A stretch of 64,000 bases of DNA from Eledone cirrhosa (lineage: Eukaryota): positions 256,618,001-256,682,000 of the forward strand of contig OZ024741.1 in assembly GCA_964016885.1 (NCBI GenBank). Reading direction: 5' to 3'. Position numbers and translations under genes: made by a program. Positions 33,401-47,309 of the stretch are shown one piece after another. The notes under the pieces are model-generated. The model had not been told where the DNA came from and searched no databases. It saw nothing but the letters and a program-made list of their open reading frames with translations. Numbering within the stretch: the stretch's first letter is position 1; each line of letters starts with the position of its first letter.

Positions 33401-36400
33401 GTGTTTCGACATACGAGTGTTTCGACTTACGAGTGTTTCGACTTACGAGTGTTTTGACTTACGAGTGTTCTGACTTACGAGTGTTCTGACTTACGAGTGT
33501 TCCGACTTACGAGTGTTTCGACTTACGAGTGTTTCGACTTACGAGTGTTTCGACTTACGAGTGTTTCGGCTTACGAGTGTTTTGACTTACGAATGTTCTG
33601 ACTACGAGTGTTCTGACTTACGAGTGTTTCGGCTTATGAGTGTTTCGACTTACGTGTGTTTCGGCTTATGAGTGTTTCGACTTACGAGTGTTTCGGCTTA
33701 CGATTGTTTCAACTTACGAGTGTTTCGACTTACGAGTGTTTCGACATACGGGTGTTTCGACTTACGAGTGTTTCGACTACGAGTGTTTCGACTTACGAGT
33801 GTTTCGGCTTACGAGTGTTTCGACATACGGGTGTTTCGACTTACGGTGTTTCGGCTTACGAGTGTTTCGACTTACGAATGTTCTGACTTACGAGTGTTCT
33901 GACTTACGAGTGTTCTGACTTACGAGTGTTCTGACTTACGAGTGTTCTGACTTACGATTGTTCCGACTTACGAGTGTTTCGGCTTACGAGTGTTTCGGCT
34001 TACGAGTGTTTCGACTTACGAGTGTTTCGATTTACGAGTGTTTCGACTTACGAGTGCTTTGACTTACGGTGTTTCGGCTTACGAGTGTTTCGACTTACGA
34101 GTGTTTTGACTTACTGGTGTTTTGACATATGAGTGTTTCGATACGAGTGTTTCGACTTACGAGTGTTCTGACTTACGAGTGTTTCGACTTACGAGTGTTT
34201 CGGCTTACGAGTGTTTCGGCTTACGAGTGTTTCGACTTACGAGTGTTTCGATTTACGAGTGTTTCGGCTTACGAGTGTTTCGACTTACGAGTGTTTTGAC
34301 TTACTGGTGTTTTGACATATGAGTGTTTCGATACGAGTGTTTCGACTTACGAGTGTTCTGACTTACGAGTGTTCTGACTTACGAGTGTTCTAACTTACGA
34401 GTGTTCTGACTTACGAGTGTTCTGACTTACGAGTGTTCTGACTTACGATTGTTCCGACTTACGAGTGTTTCGGCTTACGAGTGTTTCGGCTTACGAGTGT
34501 TTCGACTTACGAGTGTTTCGATTTACGAGTGTTTCGGCTTACGAGTGTTTCGACTTACGAGTGTTTTGACTTACTGGTGTTTTGACATATGAGTGTTTCG
34601 ATACGAGTGTTTCGACTTACGAGTGTTCTGACTTACGAGTGTTCTGACTTACGAGTGTTCTAACTTACGAGTGTTCTGACTTACGAGTGTTCTGACTTAC
34701 GAGTGTTCCGACTTACGAGTGTTTCGGCTCACCAGTGTTTCGGCTTACGAGTGTTTCGACTTACGAGTGTTTCGACTTACGAGTGTTTCGGCTTACGATT
34801 GTTTTGACTTACGAGTGTTTTGACTTACCGGTGTTTCGGCTTACGAGTGTTTCGACTTACGAGTGTTTTGACTTACGGGTGTTTTGACATACGAGTGTTT
34901 CGATACGAGTGTTCTGACTTACGAGTGTTCTGACTTACGAGTGTTCTGACATACGTGTGTTCTGACTTACGAGTGTTCCGATTTACGAGTGTTTCGGCTT
35001 ATGAGTGTTTCGACTTACGAATGTTTTTGTTTACGGGTGTTTTGACTTACGAATGTTTTTGCTTACGAGTGTTTCGGCTTACGAGTGTTTCGACTTACGA
35101 AAATAACAAATAGACGTGGTTTCAAATCTCTATGCTTTTCAAATTCATTACATTAATCTTTATTTACACGTTTCGCTTTACGAGTGTTTCGACTTACGAG
35201 TGTTTCGACTTACGAGTGTTTCGACTTACGAGTGTTTCGACTTACGAGTGTTTTGACTTACGAGTGTTCTGACTTACGAGTGTTCTGACTTACGAGTGTT
35301 TCGACTTACGAGTGTTCTGACTTACGAGTGTTCTGACTTACGAGTGTTCCGACTTACGAGTGTTTCGACTTACGAGTGTTTCGACTTACGAGTGTTTCGA
35401 CTTACGAGTGTTTCGGCTTACGAGTGTTTTGACTTACGAATGTTCTGACTACGAGTGTTCTGACTTACGAGTGTTTCGGCTTATGAGTGTTTCGACTTAC
35501 GTGTGTTTCGGCTTATGAGTGTTTCGACTTACGAGTGTTTCGGCTTACGATTGTTTCAACTTACGAGTGTTTCGACTTACGAGTGTTTCGACATACGGGT
35601 GTTTCGACTTACGAGTGTTTCGACTACGAGTGTTTCGACTTACGAGTGTTTCGGCTTACGAGTGTTTCGACATACGGGTGTTTCGACTTACGGTGTTTCG
35701 GCTTACGAGTGTTTCGACTTACGAATGTTCTGACTTACGAGTGTTCTGACTTACGAGTGTTCTGACTTACGAGTGTTCTGACTTACGAGTGTTCTGACTT
35801 ACGATTGTTCCGACTTACGAGTGTTTCGGCTTACGAGTGTTTCGGCTTACGAGTGTTTCGACTTACGAGTGTTTCGATTTACGAGTGTTTCGACTTACGA
35901 GTGCTTTGACTTACGGTGTTTCGGCTTACGAGTGTTTCGACTTACGAGTGTTTTGACTTACTGGTGTTTTGACATATGAGTGTTTCGATACGAGTGTTTC
36001 GACTTACGAGTGTTCTGACTTACGAGTGTTCTGACTTACGAGTGTTCTAACTTACGAGTGTTCTGACTTACGAGTGTTCTGACTTACGAGTGTTCCGACT
36101 TACGAGTGTTTCGGCTCACCAGTGTTTCGGCTTACGAGTGTTTCGACTTACGAAAATAACAAATAGACGCGGTTTCCAATCTCTATGCTTTTCATATTCA
36201 TTACATTAATCTTTATTTATACGTTTCGCTTTACGAGTGTTTCGACTTACGAGTGTTTCGACTTACGAGTGTTTCGGCTTACGATTGTTTTGACTTACGA
36301 GTGTTTTGACTTACGGGTGTTTCGGCTTACGAGTGTTTCGACTTACGAGTGTTTTGACTTACGAGTGTTCTGACTTACGAGTGTTTTGACTTACGAGTGT

Positions 36401-39400
36401 TCTGACTACGAGTGTTCTGACTTACGAGTGTTTCGGCTTATGAGTGTTTCGACTTACGAGTGTTTCGGCTTATGAGTGTTTCGACTTACGAGTGTTTCGG
36501 CTTACGATTGTTTCGACTTAAGAGTGTTTCGACTTACGAGTGTTTCGACTTACGGGTGTTTCGACTTACGAGTGTTTCGACTACGAGTGTTTCGACTTAC
36601 GAGTGTTTCGGCTTACGAGTGTTTCGACATACGGGTGTTTCGACTTACGGTGTTTCGGCTTACGAGTGTTTCGACTTACGAGTGTTCTGACTTACGAGTG
36701 TTTCGGCTTACGAGTGTTTCGACTTACGAGTGTTTTGACTTACGGGTGTTTCGGCCTACGAGTGTTTCGACTTACGAGTGTTCTGACTTACGAGTGCACT
36801 GACTTACGAGCGTTTCGGCTTACGAGTGTTTCGACTTAAGAGTGTTCTGACTTACGAGTGTTTCGACTTACGAGCGTTCCGACTTACGAGTGTTTCGGCT
36901 TACGAGTGTTCCGACTTACGAGTGTTTCGACTTACGAGTGTTTCGACTTACGAGCGTTTTGACTTACGAGTGTTTTGACTTACGGTGTTTCTGCTTACGA
37001 GTGTTTCGACTTACGAGTGTTAAGACTTACGGGTGTTTTGACATACGAGTGTTTCGACTTACGAGTGTTACAAGTGTTCTGACTTACAAGTGTTTCGACT
37101 TACGAGTGTTCTGACCTACGAGTGTTCTGACTTACGAGTGTTTCGACTTACGAGTGTTTTGACTTACGGGTGTTTCGACTTACGAGTGTTTCGACTTACG
37201 AGTGTTTCGAGTTACGGGTGTTTCGACTTACGAGTGTTTTGACTTACGAGTGTTAAGACTTACGGGTGTTTTGACATACGAGTGTTTCGATACGAGTGTT
37301 TCGACTTACGAGTGTTTTGACTTACGGGTGTTTTGACATACGAGTGTTTCGATACGAGTGTTTCGAGTACGAGTGTTTCGACTTACGAGTGTTTCGGCTT
37401 ACGAGTGTTTCGACATACGGGTGTTTCGATTTACGGTGTTTCGGCTTACGAGTGTTTCGACTTACGAATGTTCTGACTTACGAGTGTTCTGACTTACGAG
37501 TGTTCTGACTTACGAGTGTTCTGTCTTACGATTGTTCCGACTTACGAGTGTTTCGGCTTACGAGTGTTTCGGCTTACGAGTGTTTCGACTTACGAGTGTT
37601 TCGATTTACGAGTGTTTCGACTTACGAGTGCTTTGACTTACGGTGTTTCGACTTACGAGTGTTTCGACTTACGAGTGTTTTGACTTACTGGTGTTTTGAC
37701 ATACGAGTGTTTCGATACGAGTGTTTCGACTTACGAGTGTTCTGACTTACGAGTGTTCTGACTTACGAGTGTTCTGACTTACGAGTGTTCTAACTTACGA
37801 GTGTTCTGACTTACGAGTGTTCTGACTTACGAGTGTTCCGACTTACGAGTGTTTCGGCTCACCAGTGTTTCGGCTTACGAGTGTTTCGACTTACGAAAAT
37901 AACAAATAGACGCGGTTTCAAATCTCTATGCTTTTCAAATTCATTACATTAATCTTTATTTATACGTTTCGCTTTACGAGTGTTTCGACTTACGAGTGTT
38001 TCGACTTACGAGTGTTTCGGCTTACGATTGTTTTGACTTACGAGTGTTTTGACTTACGGGTGTTTCGGCTTACGAGTGTTTCGACTTACGAGTGTTCTGA
38101 CTTACGAGTGTTCTGACTTACGAGTGTTTCGGCTTACTAGAGTTTCGACTTACGAGTGTTGTGACTTACGAGTGTTTCGACTTACGAGCGTTCCGACTTA
38201 CGAGTGTTTCGGCTTACGAATGTTCCGACTTACGAGTGTTTCGACTTACGAGTGTTTCGACTTACGAGCGTTTTGACTTACGAGTGTTTTGACTTACGGT
38301 GTTTCTGCTTACGAGTGTTTCGACTTACGAGTGTTAAGACTTACGGGTGTTTTGACATACGAGTGTTTCGACTTACGAGTGTTACGAGTGTTCTGACTTA
38401 CGAGTGTTTCGACTTACGAGTGTTCTGACCTACGAGTGTTCTGACTTACGTGTGTTTCGACTTACGAGTGTTTTCACTTACGGGTGTTTCGACTTACGAG
38501 TGTTTCGACTTACGAGTGTTCTGACCTACGAGTGTTCTGACTTACGAGTGTTCCTACTTACGAGTGTTTCGACTTACGAGTGTTTCGACTTGCGAGTGTT
38601 TCGACTTACGAATGTTCCGACTTACGAAAATAACAAATAGACGCGGTTTCAAATATCTATGCTTTTCAAATTCATTACATTAATCTTTATTTATACGTTT
38701 CGCTTTACGAGTGTTTCGGCGTACGAGTGTTTCGACTTACGAGTGTTTTAACTTACGGTTGTTTCGACTTACGCGTGTTTCGACTACGAATGTTCCGACT
38801 TACGAGTGTTTCGACTTACGAGTGTTTTGACTTACGGGTGTTTCGGCTTACGAGTGTTTCGACTTACGAGTGTTTTGACTTACGGGTGTTTTGACATACG
38901 AGTGTTTCGATACGAGTGTTCTGACTTACGAGTGTTCTGACTTACGAGTGTTCTGACATACGTGTGTTCTGACTTACGAGTGTTCCGATTTACGAGTGTT
39001 TCGGCTTATGAGTGTTTCGACTTACGAATGTTTTTGTTTACGGGTGTTTCGACTTACGAATGTTTTTGCTTACGAGTGTTTAGGCTTACGAGTGTTTCGA
39101 CTTACGAAAATAACAAATAGACGTGGTTTCAAATCTCTATGCTTTTCAAATTCATTACATTAATCTTTATTTACACGTTTCGCTTTACGAGTGTTTCGAC
39201 TTACGAGTGTTTCGACTTACGAGTGTTTCGACTTACGAGTGTTTCGACTTACGAGTGTTTTGACTTACGAGTGTTCTGACTTACGAGTGTTCTGACTTAC
39301 GAGTGTTTCGACTTACGAGTGTTCTGACTTACGAGTGTTCTGACTTACGAGTGTTCCGACTTACGAGTGTTTCGACTTACGAGTGTTTCGACTTACGAGT

Positions 39401-42400
39401 GTTTCGACTTACGAGTGTTTCGGCTTACGAGTGTTTTGACTTACGAATGTTCTGACTACGAGTGTTCTGACTTACGAGTGTTTCGGCTTATGAGTGTTTC
39501 GACTTACGTGTGTTTCGGCTTATGAGTGTTTCGACTTACGAGTGTTTCGGCTTACGATTGTTTCAACTTTTGAGTGTTTCGACTTACGAGTGTTTCGACA
39601 TACGGGTGTTTCGACTTACGAGTGTTTCGACTACGAGTGTTTCGACTTACGAGTGTTTCGGCTTACGAGTGTTTCGATATACGGGTGTTTCGACTTACGG
39701 TGTTTCGGCTTACGAGTGTTTCGACTTACGAGTGTTCTGACTTACGAGTGTTCTGACTTACGAGTGTTCTGACTTACGAGTGTTCCGACTTACGAGTGTT
39801 TCGGCTTACGAGTGTTTCGGCTTACGAGTGTTTCGGCTTACGAGTGTTTCGACTTACGAGTGTTTCGACTTACGAGTGTTTCGACTTACGAGTGTTTTGA
39901 CTTACGGTGTGTCGGCCTACGAGTGTTTCGACTTACGAGTGTTTTGACTTACTGGTGTTTTGACATACGAGTGTTTCGATACGAGTGTTTCGACTTACGA
40001 GTGTTCTGACTTACGAGTGTTCTGACTTACGAGTGTTCTGACTTACGAGTGTTCTAACTTACGAGTGTTCTGACTTACGAGTGTTCTGACTTACGAGTGT
40101 TCCGACTTACGAGTGTTTCGGCTTACGATTGTTTTGACTTACGAGTGTTTTGACTTACGGGTGTTTCGGCCTACGAGTGTTTCGACTTACGAGTGTTCTG
40201 ACTTACGAGTGTTCTGACTTACGAGTGTTTCGGCTTACGAGTGTTTCGACTTACGAGTGTTCTGACTTACGAGTGTTTCGAATACGAGCGTTCCGACTTA
40301 CGAGTGTTTCGGCTTACGAGTGTTCCGACTTACGAGTGTTTCGACTTACGAGTGTTTCGACTTACGAGCGTTTTGACTTACGAGTGTTTTGACTTACGGT
40401 GTTTCTGCTTACGAGTGTTTCGACTTACGAGTGTTAAAACTTACGGGTGTTTTGACATACGAGTGTTTCGACTTACGAGTGTTACGAGTGTTCTGACTTA
40501 CGAGTGTTTCGACTTACGAGTGCTCTGACCTACGAGTGTTCTGACTTACGAGTGTTTCGACTTACGAGTGTTTTGACTTACGGGTGTTTCGACTTACGAG
40601 TGTTTCGACTTACGAGTGTTTCGAGTTACGGGTGTTTCGACTTACGAGTTATTTGACTTACGAGTGTTAAGACTTACGGGTGTTTTGACATACGAGTGTT
40701 TCGATACGAGTGTTTCGACTTACGAGTGTTTTGACTTACGGGTGTTTTGACATACGAGTGTTTCGATACGAGTGTTTCGACTACGAGTGTTTCGACTTAC
40801 GAGTGTTTCGGCTTACGAGTGTTTCGACATACGGGTGTTTCGACTTACGGTGTTTCGGCTTACGAGTGTTTCGACTTACGAATGTTCTGACTTACTGGTG
40901 TTTTGACATATGAGTGTTTCGATACGAGTGTTTCGACTTACGAGTGTTCTGACTTACGAGTGTTCTGACTTACGAGTGTTCTAACTTACGAGTGTTCTGA
41001 CTTACGAGTGTTCTGACTTACGAGTGTTCCGACTTACGAGTGTTTCGGCTCACCAGTGTTTCGGCTTACGAGTGTTTCGACTTACGAAAATAACAAATAG
41101 ACGCGGTTTCAAATCTCTATGCTTTTCATATTCATTACATTAATCTTTATTTATACCTTTCGCCTTACGAGTGTTTCGACTTACGAGTGTTTCGACTTAC
41201 GAGTGTTTCGGCTTACGATTGTTTTGACTTACGAGTGTTTTGACTTACGGGTGTTTCGGCTTACGAGTGTTTCGACTTACGAGTGTTTTGACTTACGGGT
41301 GTTTTGACATACGAGTGTTTCGATACGAGTGTTCTGACTTACGAGTGTTCTGACTTACGAGTGTTCTGACTTACGAGTGTTCTGACTTACGAGTGTTCTG
41401 ACATACGTGTGTTCTGACTTACGAGTGTTCCGATTTACGAGTGTTTCGGCTTATGAGTGTTTCGACTTACGAATGTTTTTGCTTACGGGTGTTTCGACTT
41501 ACGAATGTTTTTGCTTACGAGTGTTTCGGCTTACGAGTGTTTCGACTTACGAAAATAACAAATAGACGTGGTTTCAAATCTCTATGCTTTTCAAATTCAT
41601 TACATTAATCTTTATTTACACGTTTCGCTTTACTAGTGTTTCGACTTACGAGTGTTTCGACTTACGAGTGTTTCGACTCACGAGTGTTTCGACTTACGAG
41701 TGTTTCGACTTACGAGTATTTTGACTTACGAGTGTTCTGACTTACGAGTGTTCTGACTTACGAGTGTTTCGACTTACGAGTGTTCTGACCTACGAGTGTT
41801 CTGACTTACGTGTGTTTCGACTTACGAGTGTTTTGACTTACGGGTGTTTCGACTTACGAGTGTTTCGACTTACGAGTGTTCTGACCTACGAGTGTTCTGA
41901 CTTACGAGTGTTCCTACTTACGAGTGTTTCGACTTACGAGTGTTTCGACTTGCGAGTGTTTCGACTTACGAATGTTCCGACTTACGAAAATAACAAATAG
42001 ACGCGGTTTCAAATATCTATGCTTTTCAAATTCATTACATTAATCTTTATTTATACGTTTCGCTTTACGAGTGTTTCGGCGTACGAGTGTTTCAACTTAC
42101 GAGTGTTTTAACTTACGGTTGTTTCGACTTACGCGTGTTTCGACTACGAATGTTCCGACTTACGAGTGTTTCGACTTACGAGTGTTTCGACTTACGAGTG
42201 CTTTGACTTACGAATGTTTTGACTTACTTCGACTTACGAGTGATCTGACTTACGAGTGTTCCTACTTACGAGTGTTCTGACTTACGTGTGTTTCGACTTA
42301 CGAGTGTTTTGACTTACGGGTGTTTCGACTTACGAGTGTTTCGACTTACGAGTGTTTTGACTTACGAGTGTTAAGACTTACGGGTGTTTTGACATACGAG

Positions 42401-45400
42401 TGTTTCGATACGAGTGTTTCGACTTACGAGTGTTTTGACTTACGGGTGTTTTGACATACGAGTGTTTCGATTCGAGTGTTTTGACTTACGAGTGTTCTGA
42501 CTTACGAGTGTTCTGACTTACGAGTGTTCTGACTTACGAGTGTTCCGACTTACGAGTGATCTGACTTACGAGTATTCCTACTTACGAGTGTTTCGACTTA
42601 CGAGTGTTTCGACTTGCGAGTGTTTCGACTTACGAATGTTCCGACTTACGAAAATAACAAATAGACGCGGTTTCAAATATCTATGCTTTTCAAATTCATT
42701 ACATTAATCTTTATTTATACGTTTCGCTTTACGAGTGTTTCGGCGTACGAGTGTTTCGACTTACGAGTGTTTTAACTTACGGTTGTTTCGACTTACGCGT
42801 GTTTCGACTACGAATGTTCCGACTTACGAGTGTTTCGACTTACGAGTGTTTCGACTTACGAGTGCTTTGACTTACGAATGTTTTGACTTACTTCGACTTA
42901 CGAGTGATCTGACTTACGAGTGTTCCTACTTACGAGTGTTTCGACTTACGAGTGTTTCGACTTGCGAGTGTTTCGACTTACGAGTGTTTCGACTTACGAA
43001 AATAACAAATAGACGCGGTTTCAAATCTCTATGCTTTTCAAATTCATTACATTAATCTTTATTTATACGTTTCGCTTTACGAGTGTTTCGAGTTACGAGT
43101 GTTTCGACGTACGAGTGATTCGGCTAACGAGTGTTTTGATTTACGAGTGTTTTGACTTACGGGTGCTTCGACTTACGCGTGTTTCGACTTACGAGTGTTT
43201 CGACTTACGAGTGTTTCGACTTACGATTGTTTCGGCTTACGAGTGTTTCGACTTACGAGTGTTCTGACTACGAGTGTTCTGACTTACGGGTGTTCTGACT
43301 TACGAGTGTTCCGACTTACGAGTGTTTCGGCTTATGAGTGTTTCGACTTACAAGTGCTTCGACTTACGAGTGTTTCGGCTTACGGGTGTTTCGACTTACG
43401 AATGTTTTTGCTTACGAGTGTTTCGGCTTACGAGTGTTTCGGCTTATGAGTGTTTCGACTTACAAGTGTTTTGACTTACGGGTGTTTTGACATACGAGTG
43501 TTTCGATACGAGTGTTCTGACTTACGAGTGTTTCCGCTTACGAGTGTTTCGGCTTACGAGTGTTTCGACTTACTAATGTTTTTACTTACGAGTGTTTCGG
43601 TGTACGAGTGTTTCGACTTAAGGATGTTTCGACTTACGAGTGTTTCGACTTACGAGTGTTTCGACTTACGAGTGTTTTGGCTTACGAATGTTTTGATTTA
43701 CGAGTGTTTCGACTTACGAATGTTCTGACTTACGAGTGTTCTGACTTACGAGTGTTCTGACTTACGAGTGTTCTGACTTACGATTGTTCCGACTTACGAG
43801 TGTTTCGGCTTACGAGTGTTTCGGCTTACGAGTGTTTCGACTTACGAGTGTTTCGATTTACGAGTGTTTCGACTTACGAGTGCTTTGACTTACGGTGTTT
43901 CGGCTTACGAGTGTTTCGACTTACGAGTGTTTTGACTTACTGGTGTTTTGACATATGAGTGTTTCGATACGAGTGTTTCGACTTACGAGTGTTCTGACTT
44001 ACGAGTGTTCTGACTTACGAGTGTTCTAACTTACGAGTGTTCTGACTTACGAGTGTTCTGACTTACGAGTGTTCCGACTTACGAGTGTTTCGGCTCACCA
44101 GTGTTTCGGCTTACGAGTGTTTCGACTTACGAAAATAACAAATAGACGCGCTTTCAAATCTCTATGCTTTTCATATTCATTACATTAATCTTTATTTATA
44201 CCTTTCGCCTTACGAGTGTTTCGACTTACGAGTGTTTCGACTTACGAGTGTTTCGGCTTACGATTGTTTTGACTTACGAGTGTTTTGACTTACGGGTGTT
44301 TCGGCTTACGAGTGTTTCGACTTACGAGTGTTTTGACTTACGGGTGTTTCGACTTACGAATGTTTTTGCTTACGAGTGTTTCGGCTTACGAGTGTTTCGA
44401 CTTACGAAAATAACACATAGACGTGGTTTCAAATCTCTATGCTTTTCAAATTCATTACATTAATCTTTATTTACACGTTTCGCTTTACTAGTGTTTCGAC
44501 TTACGAGTGTTTCGACTTACGAGTGTTTCGACTCACGAGTGTTTCGACTTACGAGTGTTTCGACTTACGAGTGTTTTGACTTACGAGTGTTCTGACTTAC
44601 GAGTGTTCTGACTTACGAGTGTTTCGACTTACGAGTGTTCTGACCTACGAGTGTTCTGACTTACGTGTGTTTCGACTTACGAGTGTTTTGACTTACGGGT
44701 GTTTCGACTTACGAGTGTTTCGACTTACGAGTGTTCTGACCTACGAGTGTTCTGACTTACGAGTGTTCCTACTTACGAGTGTTTCGACTTACGAGTGTTT
44801 CGACTTGCGAGTGTTTCGACTTACGAATGTTCCGACTTACGAAAATAACAAATAGACGCGGTTTCAAATATCTATGCTTTTCAAATTCATTACATTAATC
44901 TTTATTTATACGTTTCGCTTCACGAGTGTTTCGGCGTACGAGTGTTTCAACTTACGAGTGTTTTAACTTACGGTTGTTTCGACTTACGCGTGTTTCGACT
45001 ACGAATGTTCCGACTTACGAGTGTTTCGACTTACGAGTGTTTCGACTTACGAGTGCTTTGACTTACGAATGTTTTGACTTACTTCGACTTACGAGTGATC
45101 TGACTTACGAGTGTTCCTACTTACGAGTGTTCTGACTTACGTGTGTTTCGACTTACGAGTGTTTTGACTTACGGGTGTTTCGACTTACGAGTGTTTCGAC
45201 TTACGAGTGTTTTGACTTACGAGTGTTAAGACTTACGGGTGTTTTGACATACGAGTGTTTCGATACGAGTGTTTCGACTTACGAGTGTTTTGACTTACGG
45301 GTGTTTTGACATACGAGTGTTTCGATTCGAGTGTTTTGACTTACGAGTGTTCTGACTTACGAGTGTTCTGACTTACGAGTGTTCTGACTTACGAGTGTTC

Positions 45401-47309
45401 CGACTTACGAGTGATCTGACTTACGAGTGTTCCTACTTACGAGTGTTTCGACTTACGAGTGTTTCGACTTGCGAGTGTTTCGACTTACGAGTGTTTCGAC
45501 TTACGAAAATAACAAATAGACGCGGTTTCAAATCTCTATGCTTTTCAAATTCATTACATTAATCTTTATTTATACGTTTCGCTTTACGAGTGTTTCGAGT
45601 TACGAGTGTTTCGACGTACGAGTGATTCGGCTAACGAGTGTTTTGATTTACGAGTGTTTTGACTTACGGGTGCTTCGACTTACGCGTGTTTCGACTTACG
45701 AGTGTTTCGACTTACGAGTGTTTCGACTTACGATTGTTTCGGCTTACGAGTGTTTCGACTTACGAGTGTTCTGACTACGAGTGTTCTGACTTACGGGTGT
45801 TCTGACTTACGAGTGTTCCGACTTACGAGTGTTTCGGCTTATGAGTGTTTCGACTTACAAGTGCTTCGACTTACGAGTGTTTCGGCTTACGGGTGTTTCG
45901 ACTTACGAATGTTTTTGCTTACGAGTGTTTCGGCTTACGAGTGTTTCGGCTTATGAGTGTTTCGACTTACAAGTGTTTTGACTTACGGGTGTTTTGACAT
46001 ACGAGTGTTTCGATACGAGTGTTCTGACTTACGAGTGTTTCCGCTTACGAGTGTTTCGGCTTACGAGTGTTTCGACTTACTAATGTTTTTACTTACGAGT
46101 GTTTCGGTGTACGAGTGTTTCGACTTAAGGATGTTTCGACTTACGAGTGTTTCGACTTACGAGTGTTTCGACTTACGAGTGTTTCGACTTACGAGTGTTT
46201 TGGCTTACGAATGTTTTGATTTACGGGTGTTTCGACTTACGGGTGTTTCGGCTTACGAGTGTTTCGACTTATGAGTGTTCCGACTTACGAGTGTTTCAAC
46301 TTACGAGTGTTCTGACTACGAGTGTTCTGACTTACGGGTGCTCTGACTCACGAGTGTTTCGACTTACGAGTGTTTCGACTTATGAGTGTTTCGGCTTACG
46401 AGTGTTTTGACTTACGAGTGTTCTGACTACGAGTGTTCTGACTTACGAGTGTTTCGGCTTATGAGTGTTTCGACTTACGAGTGTTTCGGCTTATGAGTGT
46501 TTCGACTTACGAGTGTTTCGGCTTACGAGTGTTTCGACTTACGAGTGTTTCGACTTACGAGTGTTTCGACTTACGAGTGTTTCGACTACGAGTGTTTCGA
46601 CTTACGAGTGTTTCGGCTTACGAGTGTTTCGACATACGGGTGTTTCGACTTACGGTGTTTCGGCTTACGAGTGTTTCGACTTACGAGTGTTCTGACTTAC
46701 GAGTGTTCTGACTTACGAGTGTTCCGACTTACGAGTGTTTCGGCTTACGAGTGTTTCGGCTTACGAGTGTTTCGACTTACGAGTGTTTCGACTTACGAGT
46801 GTTTCGACTTACGAGTGTTTCGACTTACGAGTGTTTTAACTTACGGTGTTTCGGCTTACGAGTGTTTCGACTTACGAGTGTTTTGACTTACTGGTGTTTT
46901 GACATACGAGTGTTTCGATACGAGTGTTTCGACTTACGAGTGTTCTGACTTAGGAGTGTTCTGACTTACGAGTGTTCTAACTTACGAGTGTTCTGACTTA
47001 CGAGTGTTCTGACTTACGAGTGTTCCGACTTACGAGTGTTTCGGCTCACCAGTGTTTCGGCTTACGAGTGTTTCGACTTACGAAAATAACAAATAGACGC
47101 GGTTTCAAATCTCTATGCTTTTCATATTCATTACATTAATCTTTATTTATACGTTTCGCCTTACGAGTGTTTCGACTTACGAGTGTTTCGACTTACGAGT
47201 GTTTCGGCTTACGAGTGTTTCGACTTACGAGTGTTTTGACTTACGGGTGTTTTGACATACGAGTGTTTCGATACGAGTGTTCTGACTTACGAGTGTTCTG
47301 ACTTACGTG

